Assembly (NCBI GenBank): GCA_963721805.1 | Contig: CAVRJY010000005.1 | Span: 1-64,000, forward strand | Direction: 5' to 3' | DNA length: 64,000 bases | From: Nitrospirota bacterium | Lineage (GTDB): Bacteria; Nitrospirota; Thermodesulfovibrionia; Thermodesulfovibrionales; JdFR-86 | Shown here: in pieces, positions 58,133 to 64,000 of the stretch | Position numbering within the stretch: the first letter of the stretch is position 1 | How the letters are laid out: every line of letters begins with the position of its first letter | The notes under the pieces: generated by a model | What the model was told of the DNA's origin: nothing | The model's input: the letters and a program-made list of their open reading frames with translations, nothing else | Database searches by the model: none | Translations under genes and position numbers: made by a program

Positions 58133-59761
58133 ATGTTTATTAAGCTCAATATAGGCCAGAGGCTCGGGGCCGGCTTCACGCTGCTGGTCGCGCTGATGGT
58201 CCTGCTCGTGATAATAGGCCTGGTCGGGATGAAGAAGATCCGCACCGAACTCGACATCGTCGTCGGCGAGAACAACGTAAGGGCGGTCACGGCCAACGAG
58301 ATGGTCGAGCAGGTCCGAAACGTCGCGATCACTATCCGCAACATCCTGCTGACCACGGACCAGGCATTCGTCGGGGCCGAGGTCGATAGCGTCAAGGAGC
58401 GCCGCGCGATCTACAACAAGGACTTCGAGAAGCTCGTGCTCATGATCCCGAAGGAAGACTCCCAGGCATGGGCCCTGATACAGAAGGTCAAGGAGGCGCA
58501 GGCCATTGCCGGCCCGCTGACCAACAAGGTAATAGACCTCGGGCTCGACGGCAGGGACAAAGAGGCCGCCGAGATCATGATCAAGGAGACCGGCCCGGCG
58601 GTCGGCGACCTCATCGACGCGCTCCAGACGCTGGCCGACTTCCAGCAGTACGAGACCGAACTCGCGTACCAGTCCGCGCAGGTCACGTACAAGAAGGCCC
58701 AGATCATACTGCTTGCCATCGCGGCCGTCGCGATACTGATCGCGATCATCGCGGCTACGGTGCTCCGGCGCGGGATCATAAGACCCCTCAACGCGGGCGT
58801 CGACGCCGCGGGCATGATAGCGCGCGGGGACCTCACCCTGAAGATCGACGGCGGCGGCACCGACGAGATCGGCCTCCTGATGCGCTCGATGAAGGACATG
58901 GCCGACAAGCTCCGCGGGATCATCGGCCAGATCAAGGCCGTGTCGGTCTCGCTCAACGACGCCAGCACGCACCTGAGCGGGAAGTCCGAGCAGATATCCG
59001 AGACGACCTCCAGCCAGTCCTCGCGCTCCACGCAGATAGCGACCTCGGCCGAGGAGCTCACCCAGACCGTCATAGACGTCGCCAGAAACGCTTCCAGCAT
59101 CGCCGACAGCGCCAAGAGCACGGTAGAGAAGGCCCAGGAGGGCGACCGCATCGTCGAGGCCTCGGTCAAGGAGATCCGCGAGATCGCGACCGCCGTAAGC
59201 GGCACCTCGAAGGTGCTGGAGTCCCTGCACGAGCGCTCGAAGCAGATCGGCGAGATCGTCAAGGTCATCAACGACATCGCGGACCAGACGAACCTGCTGG
59301 CCTTAAACGCGGCCATCGAGGCAGCGCGCGCGGGGGAGCAGGGCCGCGGCTTCGCGGTCGTCGCGGACGAGGTAAGGAAGCTCGCCGAGCGCACCGCGCG
59401 CGCGACCTCGGAGATCGGCGGGATGATAACCTCGATCCAGCGCGAGGTCGACGAGTCGGTCGGCTCGATGAAGGGCGCTATCACGAAGGTCGACACCGGC
59501 GTGCAGCTCTCGACCCGCGCCGGACAGCAGCTCAAGGAGATAGTCTCCAGCATCAGCGACCTGCAGGGCCTCGTCCAGCAGATAGCGTCTGCCACCGAGG
59601 AGATGTCCGCCGTGGCCGAGGGCATAGGCTCGGACATATCGAGCATCGCTGAGTCGTCAAACGACCTGTCCTCGGGCACGATAGAGATCGCGCGCTCATC
59701 GTCCGAACTGGCGCAGATAGCTTCGACGCTCAAGCACACGATGGACGGGTTTAAGATCTAG
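58133..59761 (+). CDS. Methyl-accepting chemotaxis protein
   Basis: Four-helix sensor, HAMP, IADQTNLLALNAAIEAARAGEQGRGFAVVADEVRKLA. Confidence 0.97.
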   Translation: MFIKLNIGQRLGAGFTLLVALMVLLVIIGLVGMKKIRTELDIVVGENNVRAVTANEMVEQVRNVAITIRNILLTTDQAFVGAEVDSVKERRAIYNKDFEKLVLMIPKEDSQAWALIQKVKEAQAIAGPLTNKVIDLGLDGRDKEAAEIMIKETGPAVGDLIDALQTLADFQQYETELAYQSAQVTYKKAQIILLAIAAVAILIAIIAATVLRRGIIRPLNAGVDAAGMIARGDLTLKIDGGGTDEIGLLMRSMKDMADKLRGIIGQIKAVSVSLNDASTHLSGKSEQISETTSSQSSRSTQIATSAEELTQTVIDVARNASSIADSAKSTVEKAQEGDRIVEASVKEIREIATAVSGTSKVLESLHERSKQIGEIVKVINDIADQTNLLALNAAIEAARAGEQGRGFAVVADEVRKLAERTARATSEIGGMITSIQREVDESVGSMKGAITKVDTGVQLSTRAGQQLKEIVSSISDLQGLVQQIASATEEMSAVAEGIGSDISSIAESSNDLSSGTIEIARSSSELAQIASTLKHTMDGFKI

Positions 59762-59815
59762 GGGGCGACTGCCCCCTCTTCCTGTTCGAGCCGCCAGAGG
59801 CGACTCTCACTAATA

Positions 59816-59836
59816 AGGGGCCTGCCGGCCCCTTTT
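59816..59836 (+). terminator. Rho-independent terminator
   Basis: AGGGGCC-TGCC-GGCCCCT followed by a T run. Confidence 0.6.
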
Positions 59837-59955
59837 CGCTTTCTAACCCGATATATTCGAAATTCATTGATTCTTCACACGCCAGCGTTAAACTATAAAG
59901 TTAGAAACATCCTCTGCCCGCGCGGAGGGGAAAATCCATTAGGGAGGCGTATCGA

Positions 59956-60189
59956 ATGAGAAAAGTACTGTTAGTCTTGATGGGAGCCGTATTTGCCTTG
60001 AGCCTCATGACTTCCGCGTATGCCATGACAAACTCCGCAACCGCCGGCAAAGGCGCTGGCACCGCGATTGCCGGGACTCAGACCGGGACGCATGCCGGCA
60101 AGACCGGAACTCACAGGCATGCCGGCTACAAGGGCTCGCATAAGCATGCGGCCAACAAGACCGGCGTGGCAAACACGACAGCCAAGTAA
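59956..60189 (+). CDS. Small secreted low-complexity protein
   Basis: GGAGG RBS, signal peptide, Thr/Gly/His/Lys-rich. Confidence 0.75.
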   Translation: MRKVLLVLMGAVFALSLMTSAYAMTNSATAGKGAGTAIAGTQTGTHAGKTGTHRHAGYKGSHKHAANKTGVANTTAK

Positions 60190-60220
60190 TAACTCTGAAT
60201 ATTACGAGCGAAGAGGGAAA

Positions 60221-60343
60221 GGGGGCCGGATGGCCCCTTCTCTTTTATGGGAGGGGTCCGTGACCCCCGCAGGTGTACTGGGATGTACTCCGAGGGAGCG
60301 GCTGCGAGCCGTGACGACGTATCACGCGATTTCGGCTCGCTTT
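60221..60343 (+). repeat. Dispersed repeat, copy P (3' half starting at the double-hairpin module)
   Basis: GGGGCC-GGAT-GGCCCC and GGGGTC-CGT-GACCCC hairpins, then the apex and right arm. Confidence 0.8.
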
Positions 60344-61081
60344 CTAGAAGGAGTGTGAGCTTTTCATTAATAGGCTAACTCCGAGGTAGGTGAATAGTAC
60401 AACCCCGAATCCCGCTGTGCCGACGATCGAAACCTTCCGCCCCTGCCAGCCGCGTACGAGCCGCGCGTGCAGGTAGAAGCCGTAGTAAATCCAGAGCACC
60501 GTGGTCCAGACCTCCTTCGGGGTCCATAGCCAGTACGTCCCCCACGCGAAATACGCCCATATCCCCCCGGCGATCATCGAGAGGCTGAACAGCCCGTAGC
60601 CTGTAAATATAGTGCGGTACTGCATCCGCTCTATCGCATCGTCGCGCTCGATCAGGTATATCGCACCGAGCACCGTGGCCACGGCGAAGACCGCGTATGA
60701 GAAGAACGAGAGCGCCACGTGGAGCTCGAACCAGTAGGTGCGCAGAATCGGGGGGAGGAACCCGGCATGAGGGGGCGTGGCGAGGGCGACCGCGGTGCAC
60801 AGCGCGCAGATGAGCGCGAGCACTCGGAAGTAGGCCGGGCGCTGCGGGCCTGAGTGGTGCACCGCGAGGCCGAAGGCCGCGACCGAGGCCGCGAGGAAAT
60901 TAAGCGTATCGTGAACGCCGATCAGGGGCAGGCGGCCCATCACGAGCCCGCGCGAGGCGATATAGGCAGCCTGCGCGATGAGCCCGGCATACAGCAGCGG
61001 CCTCCAGGCCAGCGCGCCTATGTATAGACCGAGGGCGATAGCTGGCAGCGCGGCCAGGGAGAGGCCCTGTGGGTCGTTCAA
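60344..61081 (-). CDS. ccsA: Cytochrome c biogenesis protein CcsA/ResC
   Basis: WWD domain GGIWAYFAWGTYWLWTPKEVW; conserved His residues. Confidence 0.9.
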   Translation of the reverse strand: MNDPQGLSLAALPAIALGLYIGALAWRPLLYAGLIAQAAYIASRGLVMGRLPLIGVHDTLNFLAASVAAFGLAVHHSGPQRPAYFRVLALICALCTAVALATPPHAGFLPPILRTYWFELHVALSFFSYAVFAVATVLGAIYLIERDDAIERMQYRTIFTGYGLFSLSMIAGGIWAYFAWGTYWLWTPKEVWTTVLWIYYGFYLHARLVRGWQGRKVSIVGTAGFGVVLFTYLGVSLLMKSSHSF

Positions 61082-62436
61082 CCGAAGATCTTTCCGGGGT
61101 TGAGGATGCCCTGCGGGTCGAAGACCGCCTTTATCCCACGCATCAGCGAAAGCTCGCGGGCCTTGATCTCCATGCCGATATAAGGGGCCTTCGTGAGCCC
61201 GACGCCGTGCTCGCCCGAGATCGTGCCTCCAAGTTCGATCACCTTCAGGAATATTTCGCGCACGAGGCCCTCGGCCCGGTGGCGCTCGTCCGGGTCGTCG
61301 CGCTCAAACAGGATATTGACGTGGATGTTGCCGTCCCCGGCATGGCCGAAGTTTACGATCTTTATCTTGCTGCGCTCGCTGAGACCGCGCATGTGCCCGA
61401 GCATCTCGGCCATGCGGCTGCGGGGCACTACGATGTCCTCGCTGATCTTCGCGAGACCTAAATTAAACAGTGCGGGCGAGACCGAGCGGCGGCACTCCCA
61501 GAGCCGCTCGCGCGCCGTGGCGTCCGGGGCGACCTCGGCCTCCCCGCCCAGGCGGCGGACCTCGGCCACGACTCGCGCCGCCTCCTGCTCTATGGCGCGC
61601 GGGTGGCCGTCAAGCTCGATCAGCAGCAGGGCCTCGACGTCCTTCGGCAGGCCGGTCGGCTTGAAGGCCTCTACGGCGCGTATCGCCTCGCGGTCCATGA
61701 ATTCGAGCGTGCGCGGGATTATGCGCGCCGCGGTGATAGCGGCCACGGCCTCCCCGGCCGCCTCGATGTCCGCGAAGTACGCAAGCAGCGTCGTGATCTC
61801 GAGCGGCTCGGGCAGCACGCGCAGCCGGATCTTCGAGAGCACCACGAGCGTGCCCTCCGATCCGGTGATCAGGCGCGTGAGGTCGTAGCCGACCACACCT
61901 TTGTGCGTGCGCACGCCGGTGTTTATTACCTCGCCGGAGGGCAGCACGCATTCGAGGCCCATCACGTAGTCGCGCGTGACGCCGTATTTTAGCGCCCTCG
62001 GGCCGCCCGCGTTTTCGGCCACGTTGCCGCCCAAGGTGCAGAAGTTCATGCTCGCGGGGTCGGGGGGATAGAACAGCCCGACTCCGGAGAGCGCGCGCTG
62101 GAGCCGCCCGTTTATCACTCCCGGCTCGACCACGCAGGTGAGGTTCTGCTCGTCGACGTCGAGGATGTGGTTCATGCGCTCGGTGCTCAGCACTATCGCG
62201 CCGGTGGAGGGCACCGAGCCCGCGGTCATCCCGGAGCCCGCGCCGCGCGGCACTATCGGGAGGTTACGCTCAGAGGCGTACCGCACCATCGCCGAGATGT
62301 CCTCGGTGCTGCGGGGCCATGCGACCATCGCGGGCTTCCCCTCGAGGCCGGAGGCGTCGAAGCCGTAGCATACCAGGTCTTCAGGGGAGGTCGAGACCGG
62401 CATGTCCGGGAGATTCGTAAACCCCGTCTTAGACAT
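61078..62436 (-). CDS. FAD-linked oxidase (GlcD/D-lactate dehydrogenase family)
   Basis: PRGAGSG, YPPDPAS, HAGDGNIH, SGEHGVG, DPQGILNPGK. Confidence 0.92.
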   Translation of the reverse strand: MSKTGFTNLPDMPVSTSPEDLVCYGFDASGLEGKPAMVAWPRSTEDISAMVRYASERNLPIVPRGAGSGMTAGSVPSTGAIVLSTERMNHILDVDEQNLTCVVEPGVINGRLQRALSGVGLFYPPDPASMNFCTLGGNVAENAGGPRALKYGVTRDYVMGLECVLPSGEVINTGVRTHKGVVGYDLTRLITGSEGTLVVLSKIRLRVLPEPLEITTLLAYFADIEAAGEAVAAITAARIIPRTLEFMDREAIRAVEAFKPTGLPKDVEALLLIELDGHPRAIEQEAARVVAEVRRLGGEAEVAPDATARERLWECRRSVSPALFNLGLAKISEDIVVPRSRMAEMLGHMRGLSERSKIKIVNFGHAGDGNIHVNILFERDDPDERHRAEGLVREIFLKVIELGGTISGEHGVGLTKAPYIGMEIKARELSLMRGIKAVFDPQGILNPGKIFG

Positions 62437-62440
62437 AGCG

Positions 62441-63313
62441 TTATGCCCTCGCTTTCGTTATCTTGCAGCCCTCGCTTGTTAATTTGCAGCATGCACACCT
62501 TGCGGCCGAGCACTCGCCGGAGATCCCCATGTGGCAGAGCGCAAAGTCATATTTTAACGGATCGGCGGGGTCGAGCGCGCGAAGAGAGGCCGTGATCTCA
62601 AGCGCGGTCTTCCAATCATTAGAGGCGCGCGACGTAAGAGACAGGCACCGCCCTATGCGGCCGATGTGCGTATCGAGCGGGATGACGAGCTTCGACGGGC
62701 TCACGGAGCGCCATAGCCCCATGTCTATGTCCGCGCGCCTGACCATCCACCTGAGATACAGGCACATGCGCTTCGAGGCCCCGCCCGTGGCCGGGGACGG
62801 CAGCATCTGCCTGAGACCGGGTGGCAGGCCCAAGGGCCTTCCCTTACCGCCATAGACCGCTGAGGTATCTACGCCCAGTGCCTCGTCGACGAACCCGGCG
62901 ATCATAGCGCCGGTGTCCTCGTCATCAGGGCGCATGTGGCGCGTGAACGCGGCTTCTAGCGTGCCGCGGCGGCGGAGCATCTCGCCGGTGATGTATATGA
63001 GCGCGGCGATATCATCGGCGCTCTGGAAGCGGTACTTCGCGCCGCCGAGTTTCTTCGCGTCGCGCCGGGGGTTGAATGAGGCGATGAACTCGTGCGGGTG
63101 CTCTCCCATAGCTCTGAAGAGTCTTTCGAGCACCGCGCTAAATAGCGCGACGCGTCCGTATGCGAGGCAGGCCGAGATGAACCCGACCGCCTCGCGGTCC
63201 GGGGCGGCCTTATAGCTTAAGGGGAAGCGGATCGGGTCGTGCTTCACGCGCTCGGCGAAGGGATAGCTTATATAGAGCCGCTCTAGCATGGCCTTGAGGC
63301 TGGCGCGGTTCAT
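62441..63313 (-). CDS. TIGR02757/DUF2400 family protein
   Basis: DPIRFP, LAYGRV, YLRWMVR, IPLDTH, DPLKYDFAL. Confidence 0.88.
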   Translation of the reverse strand: MNRASLKAMLERLYISYPFAERVKHDPIRFPLSYKAAPDREAVGFISACLAYGRVALFSAVLERLFRAMGEHPHEFIASFNPRRDAKKLGGAKYRFQSADDIAALIYITGEMLRRRGTLEAAFTRHMRPDDEDTGAMIAGFVDEALGVDTSAVYGGKGRPLGLPPGLRQMLPSPATGGASKRMCLYLRWMVRRADIDMGLWRSVSPSKLVIPLDTHIGRIGRCLSLTSRASNDWKTALEITASLRALDPADPLKYDFALCHMGISGECSAARCACCKLTSEGCKITKARA

Positions 63314-63498
63314 CGCGCTTTCTCCGGTTTGGGCTTGAACCCGAAGCAGCCCTCGGCCCCGTAGCACCCCGCGCGCCTGAGCTTGCAGGTGACGTTGACG
63401 CAGATCGTCCGCTCGGCGGCCGACTCGGCGGCCTTCCGGTGCGTGGTGACATACGGGTCTATCGGTGCGGGGCTTGAGTACCTGTCTTTCTTCTTCAT
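63310..63498 (-). CDS. Small cysteine-containing hypothetical protein
   Basis: ATGA overlaps at both ends; C..C..C..C pattern. Confidence 0.6.
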   Translation of the reverse strand: MKKKDRYSSPAPIDPYVTTHRKAAESAAERTICVNVTCKLRRAGCYGAEGCFGFKPKPEKAR

Positions 63499-64000
63499 CT
63501 CGGCACCTTTATTATATGCCTCACCGCGCCGCCTGAGTGCGGGAGTTCGACGTCTATGACCTCGCACTCGACCCCGGCGATCTCCTCTTCGTAACGCGGC
63601 CCTTTATTCAGCACGAAAGCGCCGCCGGGGGCGACTATGTCCCCTGCCCCTTCAATAAATTCCCTCACACTAAATAGCGCGCGCGTCACCGCGATGTCCG
63701 CGCTGATGCCCGAGGCCTCCGAGACCTTGGCGTTGATAACCGTGATGCCCGTAAGATTGAGCCGCCGGATGATATGCCGAAGGAACGCGCACTTCTTCTT
63801 CGCGGGCTCGATCAGGTATACCGTGATATCCGGGCGCATTATCTTGATAGGCACGCCCGGAAACCCCGCGCCGGTGCCGATGTCCGCGAGGCTGTGCACC
63901 TCCGGGCCGATAGCGCGCAGGTATAGGCAGCTGTCCAGCATGTGCTTTACAGCGATCTCATTGGCGTCGCGCAGCGCGGTGAGGTTGTGCGTGCGGCCCC
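63495..64000 (-). CDS. rsmG: 16S rRNA m7G527 methyltransferase (5'-truncated by the window edge)
   Basis: HNLTAL..KHMLDS, DIGTGAGFPG, VTRA, KG. Confidence 0.92.
   Translation of the reverse strand, partial: GRTHNLTALRDANEIAVKHMLDSCLYLRAIGPEVHSLADIGTGAGFPGVPIKIMRPDITVYLIEPAKKKCAFLRHIIRRLNLTGITVINAKVSEASGISADIAVTRALFSVREFIEGAGDIVAPGGAFVLNKGPRYEEEIAGVECEVIDVELPHSGGAVRHIIKVPR

Overview
High-GC bacterial chromosome segment. Gene content suggests an anaerobic diderm such as Nitrospirota or Desulfobacterota (inference). It carries a low-GC restriction-modification block (vsr, C5 methyltransferase, probable endonuclease, controller), the bamA-skp-lpxD-fabZ-lpxA-lpxA2-lpxI envelope operon, tRNA-Gly, metG, holB, dnaE, purL, nadE, ald, a tusA/dsrE/larE sulfur-relay cluster, an exosortase with its probable substrate, and several HicAB/HEPN islets. 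The main unexplained signal is a dispersed intergenic repeat of about 120-200 bp: 16 clear copies or half-copies plus one degenerate candidate. Each copy has a GCCGTTGACC 'head' and a long hairpin body ending in a GTAC-N6-GTAC apex. The copies show many compensatory base-pair changes and are mosaics of swapped modules, and one is a tail-to-tail chimera fused at the apex. Four head-to-head pairs, each with one type-I and one type-II head, bracket AT-rich cargo, and one of these pairs is empty. This looks like a structured-repeat gene capture or rearrangement system, but no recombinase for it is visible in the window. Other notable points are a probably catalytically dead LpxA paralogue with a likely CTG start, a variant exosortase sorting signal, an AT-rich patch inside metG, and many apparently leaderless genes.
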